Made by a program: the position numbers and the translations under genes | The notes under the pieces: generated by a model | The model's input: only the letters and a program-made list of their open reading frames with translations | Databases searched by the model: none | What the model was told of the DNA's origin: nothing | Source: Minisyncoccota bacterium | Lineage (GTDB): Bacteria; Patescibacteriota; Minisyncoccia; Phycocordibacterales; UBA9973 | NCBI GenBank assembly: GCA_035299545.1 | Contig: DATGWJ010000024.1 | Location: 18,150-82,149, forward strand | Direction of reading: 5' to 3' | Length of the DNA stretch: 64,000 nt | Shown here: one piece after another, positions 9,912 through 20,899 of the stretch | Numbering within the stretch: position 1 is the stretch's first letter | Layout of the letters: every line of letters starts with the position of its first letter

Positions 9912-10589
9912 TTATAGCATATATTTACCGTCCTTATCATCACGCACAACACGACCATTTTCCAAGGTTATAACGCGTTTTTTCACTTGGTCTACTACTT
10001 GCCTATTGTGAGTAGTGAGGATGACAGTAGTGCCAAGGTCATTGATCTTTTTCAAAATATTTACAACTTCATTCGTATTTATAGGGTCCAAATTGCCTGT
10101 CGGCTCATCGGCGATAATGAGGTTGGGCTGAGTTATTATCGCTCGAGCTATCGCAAGGCGTTGCTTTTCCCCTCCGGAGAGCTGATGTGGGAACAAATGT
10201 GCCTTTGCAGTAAGGTCTACTAATTCAAGAACATGAGGAACATCACGAAGAATCTCTTTTTCATCTTTTTCTATAGCTTCCATAGCGAAAGCGATATTTT
10301 CGTACGCAGTTTTATTTGCAAGAAGTCGAAAATCTTGGAAGACAACGCCTATCTTTCGACGAAAATCAGTTAGCTTCTTATTTGAAAGTTTGTGAATGTC
10401 TGTGGATTCGAAAAATACAGTCCCATCTGTGGGTGATTCTTCGGCTAAGATTAATTTGGTGAGAGTTGTCTTCCCTGCTCCAGAGTGGCCCACAATTGCC
10501 ACAAATTCTCCCTGTGTGATTGAAATGTTAATATCTTCTAAAGATATACTGTTTGAGTATTTTTTTGTAACATTATTAAAATAAATCAT
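9912..10589 (-). CDS. ftsE: cell division ATP-binding protein FtsE
   Basis: GHSGAGKT, VFQDFRLL, LSGGEKQR, ADEPTGNLD. Confidence 0.95.
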   Translation of the reverse strand: MIYFNNVTKKYSNSISLEDINISITQGEFVAIVGHSGAGKTTLTKLILAEESPTDGTVFFESTDIHKLSNKKLTDFRRKIGVVFQDFRLLANKTAYENIAFAMEAIEKDEKEILRDVPHVLELVDLTAKAHLFPHQLSGGEKQRLAIARAIITQPNLIIADEPTGNLDPINTNEVVNILKKINDLGTTVILTTHNRQVVDQVKKRVITLENGRVVRDDKDGKYML

Positions 10590-10717
10590 TATACCTGTCT
10601 ATTGTAACTAAAAAAATAAAAAATAACAAATGCAATAAATATTCATTATTATAACTCTATATTATATAGCAAAAGTACCCTTCCAGAAATAAATTCTAAA
10701 AGGGTACAAATAAAAAA

Positions 10718-11488
10718 TTAAATTGTCTGACGAACCGAGCTATCCTCATCATAAAAGCGATGATCCCAACCATGGATTTTCGGCTTGTCGAGCCAGCGAA
10801 CAAACACAGCATCATTTAACTCAGAAATTGAACTACTACATATACACAATGAACTTTCATCAATATGTTTCCCTATTTCTAGAAAAACAAATATATCAAG
10901 AATATTATATTCAGTAAATGTTGTGCCTGTAATACCCATATCACGAGATACCTCAGATGAAATGTTTGGATATTCAACTTTACATTCAAAATTTGGTTTG
11001 CAACAGAAAACACTTCTGTAGGGAGATATATCCCGAATATTTGCAGGATTTATACCTTCGTATTTGTTCTTTACCCCTTCTTTAAATAATGAAAGTTTCT
11101 GCTGCCATGAGCGTAGTGGTCCAACTCTATCACGTTTTGGGATCACAATTGGCCAATCGTATCCGGGTTTCCAGTTTTGAATTTTATGATTATTCAAATC
11201 AATTGAAATACTGGAGTCAATTTGTTTCCAAATTTTTACCCATTTTTCCCATCTGTTTAGAACATATTCAGGAATTGCAATTTCGTTATGTTGTATCATT
11301 TGAGTGTTCTCTTTCACAAGAGCACTGATGATACGCCTTTTCATTGCATCTTCAGGCATTTGATTGAGCGTGTCTATTTGTTCTTTTGTGAACCCATAGG
11401 TTTGCATTGTGTAAGCAGTCATGCCTACTACTTTCTGTGAAGCCCGTGCGTGTGCTACGCTTGAAACTTCGGTTTTCTTTTCTGACAT
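10718..11488 (-). CDS. hypothetical protein
   Basis: 256-aa ORF with its own upstream promoter-like region. Confidence 0.7.
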   Translation of the reverse strand: MSEKKTEVSSVAHARASQKVVGMTAYTMQTYGFTKEQIDTLNQMPEDAMKRRIISALVKENTQMIQHNEIAIPEYVLNRWEKWVKIWKQIDSSISIDLNNHKIQNWKPGYDWPIVIPKRDRVGPLRSWQQKLSLFKEGVKNKYEGINPANIRDISPYRSVFCCKPNFECKVEYPNISSEVSRDMGITGTTFTEYNILDIFVFLEIGKHIDESSLCICSSSISELNDAVFVRWLDKPKIHGWDHRFYDEDSSVRQTI

Positions 11489-11620
11489 TTTTATAATTTT
11501 TAAATAATTATTGGCTTCTTAGAAAATCCAAGTTTAGCCATATTCGTGTATGTTATATCACACAAAATGTATAAAAGTCAAAAATTAGAGGTATAAAATA
11601 TAACTTATTACTAAAGAAGA

Positions 11621-12508
11621 TTAAAGCGTTTTTTCTGCTTCAATAAAGGGGTCAATCTGACCATCTAAAAGCACAGAGTCAACATCACGAATTTCCACAT
11701 CTGTGCGGTGATCTTTCACCATTTTATACGGATGAAGGACATATGAGCGGATTTGGCTTCCCCACTCTATCTCCATAGTCTTTGTAGTAGACATTCCAGC
11801 TTTTTCTTTCTCTCTATCTTCTTCCCTTTTCTTATAAAGCTTACCTTTAAGTATTTCGAGTGCACGAATACGGTTCTGCTCTTGAGAACGCTCAGTGGTG
11901 ACATGGATAGATATGCCAGTAGGAACATGGATTAAGCGAACTGCTGTCTCGCGCTTGTTCACATTTTGCCCGCCTGGACCTCCAGATTTTGAAAATTCAA
12001 CCTTTATATCTTCGGGAGGCACTTCTATCGCACTATCATTAACTTCTATTTTTGGAACCACTTCCACTAAAGAGAAAGATGTATGTCGAAGTGACTTCGC
12101 ATTGAAAGGAGAAATGCGCACAAGGCGATGAACTCCTGATTCGTTCTTTAATAATCCGTAAGAATTCTTACCTACGACTTCTATGGAGATATTGCGATAC
12201 CCGCCTAGGTCATTCTTGTTCTCGTGGATTAAAGTGTAATTCCAATTTTTACTTTCTATGTACTTCACATACATACGAAGTAACATTGAAGAGAAGTCCT
12301 CCGCATCATCACCCCCTGCCCCTGAAAGAATAGAAAGTATGCAATTCCCTTTGTCGTATTTCTCTGCGCCCAAAAGTTCATCTTTTAAAGCAGATATTTT
12401 CTTTATTGTGGCTTGAGCTTTCACTTTATCTTCCCAGAAATTACCTTGAGCCATTTCCCCTTCAAGTTTTTCTATCTCTTTCTTTATTTCTTCAGTATCT
12501 TTTTGCAT
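11621..12508 (-). CDS. prfB: peptide chain release factor 2 (short form)
   Basis: SPF anticodon motif, GGQ, WGSQIRSYVLHPY. Confidence 0.95.
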   Translation of the reverse strand: MQKDTEEIKKEIEKLEGEMAQGNFWEDKVKAQATIKKISALKDELLGAEKYDKGNCILSILSGAGGDDAEDFSSMLLRMYVKYIESKNWNYTLIHENKNDLGGYRNISIEVVGKNSYGLLKNESGVHRLVRISPFNAKSLRHTSFSLVEVVPKIEVNDSAIEVPPEDIKVEFSKSGGPGGQNVNKRETAVRLIHVPTGISIHVTTERSQEQNRIRALEILKGKLYKKREEDREKEKAGMSTTKTMEIEWGSQIRSYVLHPYKMVKDHRTDVEIRDVDSVLLDGQIDPFIEAEKTL

Positions 12509-12527
12509 AAAATAAAATAATTAATAA

Positions 12528-12603
12528 TGGAGCCGATGGTCAGGATTGAACTGACGACCCCGTCTTTACGAAAGACGTGCTCTACCAACTGAGCTACATC
12601 GGC
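12528..12603 (-). tRNA. tRNA-Thr(CGT)
   Basis: GCCGATG/CATCGGC; anticodon loop TTCGTAA; encoded CCA. Confidence 0.95.
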
Positions 12604-12609
12604 TAACCC

Positions 12610-12738
12610 TTGAGCCGTCAGTGAGAATCTCTCCTTACAGGAGCAGTACACCTTTTCGGTATATTCGGAATAGTAATTCCTCATATACATCGAAAAGCTT
12701 TCCGATTCTCACGCTAAAAGATACTCAAGTATCTTTTG
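12610..12738 (-). repeat. tRNA 3'-end-derived element (Thr-GGT)
   Basis: 20-bp direct repeat 12610..12629 = 12736..12755, inverted T-arm copy 12701..12712, nested hairpins. Confidence 0.85.
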
Positions 12739-12810
12739 AGCCGTCAGTGAGAATCGGACTCACGCTCTCTCCCTTACCAAGGGAGTGCTTTGCCACTAAG
12801 CTATGACGGC
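12739..12810 (-). tRNA. tRNA-Thr(GGT)
   Basis: GCCGTCA/TGACGGC; CTCCC-TTGGTAA-GGGAG. Confidence 0.93.
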
Positions 12811-12855
12811 CAAACAACTTAACCAATAGTACTATAACTAATTCATATTTTCAAT

Positions 12856-12883
12856 TTGCAAAATATGAATTTTTTAGTATAAT
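12856..12883 (+). promoter_or_regulatory. sigma70-like promoter for the tRNA cluster
   Basis: TTGCAA-N16-TATAAT. Confidence 0.6.
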
Positions 12884-12931
12884 GGCTAAACTACATATAT
12901 AAGGAGAAAATGTCTCTTTAATTAGTTATAC

Positions 12932-13002
12932 AGCGGGATAGAGAAATGGTATCTCGTAAGGCTCATAACCTTAAGACCTTGGTTCGATTCCAAGTCCCGC
13001 AA
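12932..13002 (+). tRNA. tRNA-Met(CAT), initiator type
   Basis: Unpaired 1:72 (A/A), A11:U24, anticodon arm TAAGG-CTCATAA-CCTTA. Confidence 0.88.
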
Positions 13003-13147
13003 CAATAGGCAAGTGACATGCCAAATGTCTCCTGCTTAGATAAGTTAAATTGCTTTAAAGTGGCTATTCGGCTAAAGCCTCATATCGCCACCATTGCTAT
13101 GCGACAGTGGTAACACTCTCGACAAAAAGCAAAGCAGTTTGCTTTTT

Positions 13148-13221
13148 GTCGGTGTAGCTCAGCTGGTTAGAGCGTGGGACTCATAAGCCCAAGGTCGGAG
13201 GTTCGAGCCCTCCCACCGACA
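13148..13221 (+). tRNA. tRNA-Met(CAT), elongator type
   Basis: GTCGGTG/CACCGAC; loop CTCATAA; Ile2 identity less likely because tRNA-Ile(TAT) is present. Confidence 0.88.
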
Positions 13222-13305
13222 CAGTCGTGGAGCAAGTAAACTGCGAAGCTTACACGATAAGTTGCAAGGATTTTTATATTAGGTTAGTATTAATGAGAAT
13301 AATTT

Positions 13306-13379
13306 GCAGTCGTAGCTCAACTGGTTAGAGCACCCGCCTGTCACGTGGGAGGTTGAGGGTTCAAGTCCCTTCGACTGCG
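13306..13379 (+). tRNA. tRNA-Asp(GTC)
   Basis: GCAGTCG/CGACTGC, G73; loop CTGTCAC. Confidence 0.95.
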
Positions 13380-13525
13380 CAAGTATAAAAATCACTCTTT
13401 ATGAGTGATTTTTATTTGTGCAGACGAGAAGCCAACTGCTTGGCTTCGTGAGGGATCTTGAAAGATTTTTCGTTGTTGAGCTTGCGAAACCGAAAAATAC
13501 CAGCGACCGTGAGGAGAAAGTCCCT
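13380..13525 (+). repeat. tRNA 3'-end-derived element (Asp)
   Basis: Hairpin, split antisense copy 13416..13427 plus 13451..13462 around a CTGC-loop hairpin, then sense fragment AAGTCCCT. Confidence 0.8.
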
Positions 13526-13537
13526 ACTCTTTTTTAT

Positions 13538-13566
13538 TTGACATTATCTCTATTTAGGAATAAACT
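13538..13566 (+). promoter_or_regulatory. sigma70-like promoter
   Basis: TTGACA-N17-TAAACT. Confidence 0.7.
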
Positions 13567-13599
13567 AAGCAAAAGTTGTTTAACCTAAAATTTAATAAG

Positions 13600-13992
13600 A
13601 TGAGAAGATTGATACTCCGAATAATCACAGAAGAGCATCATCGGAGAGCCCGTTCTCTTATGGGTACAGAAGCGCCATCTAATATTTCTTACTTAAAAGG
13701 TAAAATCCATAAGGCATGGCACGTATTAGTTGGGAACATGAATGCTCTCCAAATATGTGATTTTTTAAATCACATAGAATTCAAACCGGAAAATATCAAT
13801 ATTACTTGTGTTTTCATTAATGGAACTCCAGTAATTTTGAAAGGGAAAAACAATTCCAAAAACCCGACAAAAATCCGCCGGGCATGGGAAACTTTATTTA
13901 AAGGACTCGAATTTAAAGATGCAATAGCTTATATTAACAATCAGCTACTTGACCCTAGCTACCATCTTTATTTAGAAGAGATTAAAAAATAA
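13600..13992 (+). CDS. hypothetical protein
   Basis: ORF track 13576..13992; ATG 13600 follows the promoter. Confidence 0.6.
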   Translation: MRRLILRIITEEHHRRARSLMGTEAPSNISYLKGKIHKAWHVLVGNMNALQICDFLNHIEFKPENINITCVFINGTPVILKGKNNSKNPTKIRRAWETLFKGLEFKDAIAYINNQLLDPSYHLYLEEIKK

Positions 13993-14032
13993 ATATATTC
14001 AAAAACAAAAAAGGAAGCAATTGCTTCCTTTT

Positions 14033-14644
14033 TTATATTATCCCCAATTCTTCAAAGAAGTTTTGGAATAATTTTATAGTTTTACGTGCTTCAATCTGAC
14101 TTAATGGAAAATCAGAACCATCGTGTGCTATCAAGTTACGAACCAAGTGAGCATCCCAAGCATCTTGCACACTTCTGTACCCGCTTCCTCGAGCTCCTTC
14201 CAGAAGTTCACTAACAGTTTCGCCGGACAAACCTTGCTCCTTTAAAACATCTTCCATCATTGAGTCAGCTTCTATTATTGCTACTCTCCAATCCGATTCA
14301 TTTGGACTTTCTACTAAGGTAAGTATATAGTGCCACTTTGGATTGGCGTTGCGTTCCCTTTCTTTCTCTTTCAAAAGTGCTTTATGTATCTCGTGGTCAA
14401 TTTCTTCTTTGTCATATATCTGTATTTCAACTAATCGAACTAAAGAAAATATAATAATTGCTATACAAACAATAGATAAAAGAGCGGATATTACTCCAAT
14501 CGTAGACCATGTTTCAGGGTTAGTAAGAAAGTCGATGATAGGCTTGCTATATTCTACAATCTTACTAAACACGAATTCCATATTTAAGTAAGTAGGTGTA
14601 AAAAGTGGTTTATCTATAACTGATTGTATGCCTGTTTGCTCCAT
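14033..14644 (-). CDS. conserved hypothetical membrane protein
   Basis: Single TM then WRVAIIEADS...GETVSE...AWDAHLVRNLIAHD pattern familiar from CPR genomes. Confidence 0.8.
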   Translation of the reverse strand: MEQTGIQSVIDKPLFTPTYLNMEFVFSKIVEYSKPIIDFLTNPETWSTIGVISALLSIVCIAIIIFSLVRLVEIQIYDKEEIDHEIHKALLKEKERERNANPKWHYILTLVESPNESDWRVAIIEADSMMEDVLKEQGLSGETVSELLEGARGSGYRSVQDAWDAHLVRNLIAHDGSDFPLSQIEARKTIKLFQNFFEELGII

Positions 14645-14703
14645 AATTATATTACATATATTATACCCTTTAGTAGGTTTTTTTCAAAAATTCTAACACG
14701 AAT

Positions 14704-16128
14704 TTATACTAGTTTTTCAAAATCTTTCCCAATTGTGAAAAGGATGTCTTCTCTTAAGAATGGTGAGGTGAACTGTAACCCAAATGGCAAGCCATCTTTA
14801 TTGTACCCAGATGGCACAGATATTGAACACAAGTCTGCTAAGTTTGCTGGAGCAGAAAAGATGTCACATAAGTACATTGAAATAGGATCATTTAATTTCT
14901 CTCCTAATTTAAAAGGTAAAAATGGAACTGTTGGAGTAATAAAAGCGTCTAGATTTAACTCTTTATACATACCCAATAATTCATCCTTTATAATTTTTCG
15001 TACTTTTACAGCAGTGTTGTAGTAAGCATCATAATAACCGTGAGATAAAATATAAGTTCCTAGTAGGATTCTTCTGCGAGCTTCTTTCCCGAAACCTTTA
15101 CCTCTGCTCTTCATATAAACATCTAATAGATTATTACCTTCTACAGATAAACCATATCGTATACCATCATAGCGAGCCAAATTACTTGAAACCTCAGCAG
15201 GCATCACAATATAATAAACTGCGAGTGAATACTTAATTGAAGGTAAAGAAACATCTATAATTTCATATCCAGCTTTTTTTAATTTTTCACAACTTTCATT
15301 GAAGTTTTTTAGAACATCAGGATCAATTCCCCCTCCTTCTAAAAACTCTCGAGGAACTCCAATTCTTTTCTTGAGAGGTAATTTCTCTATATTTCTTAAT
15401 TCATCTTTTATAGAAGTACTGTCTTTTTTATCAAATCCATTTATTATATTAAAAATAGTTTCTGCTTCTTCTACGGTTTTAGCCAAAGGACCAACCTGGT
15501 CAAGAGAGCTACCCATAGCAATAATTCCAGAACGAGAAACTGCTCCATAAGTCGGCTTTAGCCCCACAAGCCCACAGAAAGATGCCGGCTGACGAACAGA
15601 ACCGCACGTTTCCGTACCTAAAGCTACCAATGCCATATTTGCCCGAACAGCACTTGCAGAGCCCCCTGAAGAGCCCCCAGGCACACGGGTAGTATCGATT
15701 GGGTTTCTAGTATTCCCGTAAGCACTTGTCTCTGTGGAGGAGCCCATAGCGAATTCGTCCATATTGGTTCTACCAATGAAAACTACTCCCTCTTTTTTCA
15801 ACTTCTCTACAACAAAAGAATCGTAAGTTGCTTTATAATTCTCTAAAATCTTAGAAGAAGCAGAAGCAATGTGCCCTTCAAATAATATATTATCTTTCAA
15901 AGCCATAGGGATACCAGTCATGAGAGTAGCAGTACCATTTCGGAACATTTCCTCGGCAATCTTGGCTTGGTCTAGAACATCATTAAAAACTTCTAAATAT
16001 GCATTTATTTCTCCATTTTTTTCTTTAATGACCTTTAAATATTCATTCACTAAATCAGTAACAGTGTATTCACCATTCTTAAGTGACTCGTGCGCTTTTT
16101 TTATTGTAAGATTTTCTAAATCAATCAT
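14704..16128 (-). CDS. gatA: Asp/Glu-tRNA amidotransferase subunit A
   Basis: GGSSGGSA, GSVRQPASFCG, SSNLARYDG. Confidence 0.97.
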   Translation of the reverse strand: MIDLENLTIKKAHESLKNGEYTVTDLVNEYLKVIKEKNGEINAYLEVFNDVLDQAKIAEEMFRNGTATLMTGIPMALKDNILFEGHIASASSKILENYKATYDSFVVEKLKKEGVVFIGRTNMDEFAMGSSTETSAYGNTRNPIDTTRVPGGSSGGSASAVRANMALVALGTETCGSVRQPASFCGLVGLKPTYGAVSRSGIIAMGSSLDQVGPLAKTVEEAETIFNIINGFDKKDSTSIKDELRNIEKLPLKKRIGVPREFLEGGGIDPDVLKNFNESCEKLKKAGYEIIDVSLPSIKYSLAVYYIVMPAEVSSNLARYDGIRYGLSVEGNNLLDVYMKSRGKGFGKEARRRILLGTYILSHGYYDAYYNTAVKVRKIIKDELLGMYKELNLDAFITPTVPFLPFKLGEKLNDPISMYLCDIFSAPANLADLCSISVPSGYNKDGLPFGLQFTSPFLREDILFTIGKDFEKLV

Positions 16129-16421
16129 AATATTTGTTTAACTTTCAAGTATCCGTCTTCCGTTTTGGGTGTTTCTTGTAAAATTTTGTCTGTATATTCA
16201 CCAGGTTTATTTACTGCAATATCTTCTCTCATAACATTGTGCATCATATCGCCTTCTGATTTTTTATCTATAAATGTATTCTCGTTGAGCTTCAAAGCTT
16301 CTTGAACCTGTCCAACATAAGCTAAAATATGGTCAAAATCTTTTGCGATTGTGGCCATTTCATCTTCACTCATCTCTATACGAGCTAAATCCGCTAGCTT
16401 TTTTACATCTTCTACCTTCAT
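16125..16421 (-). CDS. gatC: Asp/Glu-tRNA amidotransferase subunit C
   Basis: VKKLADLARI...NVMRED...GYLKVKQIL; overlaps gatA start. Confidence 0.93.
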   Translation of the reverse strand: MKVEDVKKLADLARIEMSEDEMATIAKDFDHILAYVGQVQEALKLNENTFIDKKSEGDMMHNVMREDIAVNKPGEYTDKILQETPKTEDGYLKVKQIL

Positions 16422-16439
16422 AATTTTAGAATAGCATAT

Positions 16440-18581
<2,142 letters not shown>

Positions 18582-18587
18582 AATAAA

Positions 18588-19727
18588 CTATTCTTCGTAG
18601 TTAATTTCAATTTCACGCTCAACAGTTCTTAGATTATTCACATTACATATATTATACCCTTTTGCTGATATTGTCGTCTGGATAGTAGGAGTTGAAGCTC
18701 CTGTAAAATAACCATTTAATTCTTGAATTTCTGGAGTACTTAAAGCTCTATTCCAAATCATTACTTCATCTATAGTTCCATCCCAATAAGAATTCACAGT
18801 AGCATTTGAGCGTCTTCCGATATTTACATTGCTGGAATTGTTATACTGACTTGCCGGAACACCTGTAGTAAGCTCATTATCTAAAACACCATTGACATAG
18901 ATTCTTAAACCTACTGATGGTTCATATACGCCTACTACGTGCACTAATTCACCTATATAGTCAGATGGTGCCGCATTTGATTCTATCCATACTATATCTG
19001 ACGATGAAGAAGAAACCATGAAAGCAAAGGCGTCACTACTTTCAATATTCAAACTCCATCCATTCGAAGCATTTAATTTTGATACAATTCTTCTGTTGTC
19101 TACACTATCAATGTAAACCCAAGCAGAGGCAGTCATTGCTCCAGTAAGGCCTAGTGATGCCGGATTACCAATATCTATATAATCGCTACTTCCGTTAAAA
19201 TCATAACAATTAGAGGTTGCACATCTTGCACTAGTCCCAGTAGCTCCGTATATTGTCCCATCATTAGATCCAACAGAATCAGAAGCATCCCCCTCAAACT
19301 TCCACCAAGATAATAAGTTTGTCTGCCAAGAAGGAGAACCTGAAGTATTGGTCTTTGTAACATCAATTCTAAAACAAGGATTTAATGAATTACTATCTCC
19401 TGAAACAGGATAAATAGTATAATCCCCATTGCCTGTTGGAGTAGAAACGACCATATTGGACCCTCCACAATTAAACGTACCTGTTGTAAAAATATTTGGC
19501 GGAGTTTTAAGAGATTCTATCCTGTCTGCATATAAAGCACAATCCCCCGCAGTGTCTGCCTCATAAAAAGCTGATTGTGAATCTTTTGCAAGAGAAGAAA
19601 GAATTAACTGTTTGTAGGCTACATTTGTAAGACCCGCAGTAATCACAGAGATCGCACTCACAATGATAACTGTGAACAAAATTGCGTAACCTTTATTCCC
19701 TTTATTTTTTGCAATAATTTTTTTCAT
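18588..19727 (-). CDS. PilX-like minor pilin with internal LamG domain
   Basis: G/YAILF class III signal lacking Glu5; LamG motifs WWKFEG, FNGSSDYI, GTIDEVMIWNRALS. Confidence 0.85.
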   Translation of the reverse strand: MKKIIAKNKGNKGYAILFTVIIVSAISVITAGLTNVAYKQLILSSLAKDSQSAFYEADTAGDCALYADRIESLKTPPNIFTTGTFNCGGSNMVVSTPTGNGDYTIYPVSGDSNSLNPCFRIDVTKTNTSGSPSWQTNLLSWWKFEGDASDSVGSNDGTIYGATGTSARCATSNCYDFNGSSDYIDIGNPASLGLTGAMTASAWVYIDSVDNRRIVSKLNASNGWSLNIESSDAFAFMVSSSSSDIVWIESNAAPSDYIGELVHVVGVYEPSVGLRIYVNGVLDNELTTGVPASQYNNSSNVNIGRRSNATVNSYWDGTIDEVMIWNRALSTPEIQELNGYFTGASTPTIQTTISAKGYNICNVNNLRTVEREIEINYEE

Positions 19728-19733
19728 AATTAA

Positions 19734-20309
19734 TTATGATTGCCATTTCATCATAGAAGTAGATAGCGACCTTGTTTTAGTTAAACTACCATTTTTCCAG
19801 GAAATTGTTACTACAATTTTTAACTCATCTCCAACTTGGGTAATTACAATTTTCCTCTGAAAGTCAGTTTTTACTTTACCTGAATTACCCATCCCATCAT
19901 CGCTTACATAAAAAGGTGTACTATTAGCATTTTCGTCATAATATAAATACGGGCAACCATCTAAAGAAGAACATTCTACAGGTGTGACAGTTGGACTTAA
20001 TATATCAAAGTAGCACCCTGTATCTTCATTTGAACAATTAGTATATTTATTCACAAAAGTACTCCACGCTGTATCTATACTTTGAGTATTTTGAAGAAAG
20101 ACAGTTGTATCGCGGTCATTTCTGATGTAGTCTATAACCTCTTGAAGTAAGTAACTAGTAGTAATTTCATCTCTTGCATATCTTGCTGCAAATAAACTAT
20201 TCGCAACAACAGTCATCATACTGACAATAGTAAATGTAAGTATCATAACTGCAAACATTGTTTCTACTAGAGTGAATCCCTTATTATTTTTTATTATTTT
20301 TATTTTCAT
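19734..20309 (-). CDS. minor pilin (PilV-like)
   Basis: GFTLVE N-methylation motif. Confidence 0.88.
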   Translation of the reverse strand: MKIKIIKNNKGFTLVETMFAVMILTFTIVSMMTVVANSLFAARYARDEITTSYLLQEVIDYIRNDRDTTVFLQNTQSIDTAWSTFVNKYTNCSNEDTGCYFDILSPTVTPVECSSLDGCPYLYYDENANSTPFYVSDDGMGNSGKVKTDFQRKIVITQVGDELKIVVTISWKNGSLTKTRSLSTSMMKWQS

Positions 20310-20310
20310 A

Positions 20311-20898
20311 TTAGAAATTACGTTGAGAAGCTAAAGTTTGAATAGAAAACGACACAGGAACCTCTTTCACTAAGACAGATCCTTTTACAATAATATAGAC
20401 ACTAGCTTGGGTATTATCATTATTATTAGAACCATTTACAAAGAATTTTAATTTTTCTATATCAACATCGGGTGAAACAATATCAACACAACCATTAATA
20501 TCGCATCGTTGTAGAGAGTGAGTGTTACGTTCATCATTACGGGAAGTTAGCCTATATCCTACTCGTGAAGTGGTAGTTTGCTGAGGAACAAAAGCTACAA
20601 ATGTTTCCCCTGTCGGACAATCCATACTATCTTCTAAATGAGAATCCATACTTATACCGGCTGAAGTATCCACACAATAATAATTTGTACCCATTCTTAT
20701 AGATCTTGTCATACTTTCCATAGCAAAATTCACGTTGTCCATAGCAAAGCGCAATGCTCTTGAATTCTTACCTGCATCTAATAGAACAAAAAGGGAGCTC
20801 ATAGAACCAAGCATTATTACAACAAAGATAGATGTAGCAACCATTAGTTCTATCAGAGTAAACCCGTTATTATTATTTTTTGTATTTTGTAATTTCAT
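20311..20898 (-). CDS. minor pilin (PilW/GspJ-like)
   Basis: GFTLIELMVA. Confidence 0.88.
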   Translation of the reverse strand: MKLQNTKNNNNGFTLIELMVATSIFVVIMLGSMSSLFVLLDAGKNSRALRFAMDNVNFAMESMTRSIRMGTNYYCVDTSAGISMDSHLEDSMDCPTGETFVAFVPQQTTTSRVGYRLTSRNDERNTHSLQRCDINGCVDIVSPDVDIEKLKFFVNGSNNNDNTQASVYIIVKGSVLVKEVPVSFSIQTLASQRNF

Positions 20899-20899
20899 A

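Noticed and set aside
11621-12508. UGA recoding (genetic code 25)
   Set aside because: Long conserved ORFs are intact under code 11, TGA ends genes such as gatC, and RF2 is present.
12610-12755. Prophage or island att sites at tRNA-Thr and tRNA-Ser
   Set aside because: The direct repeats enclose only about 105-150 bp with no integrase and include antisense copies; treated as a distinct element instead.
12484-12806. ORF-track ORFs over tRNAs, tmRNA and their elements (also 39207..39476, 39251..39436, 52720..52932)
   Set aside because: They overlap structural RNAs and show no protein features.
12901-12921. SD-like AAGGAG followed by a 3-codon ORF (MSL) before tRNA-fMet
   Set aside because: Too short to support, and equally explained as a small hairpin in the tRNA leader.
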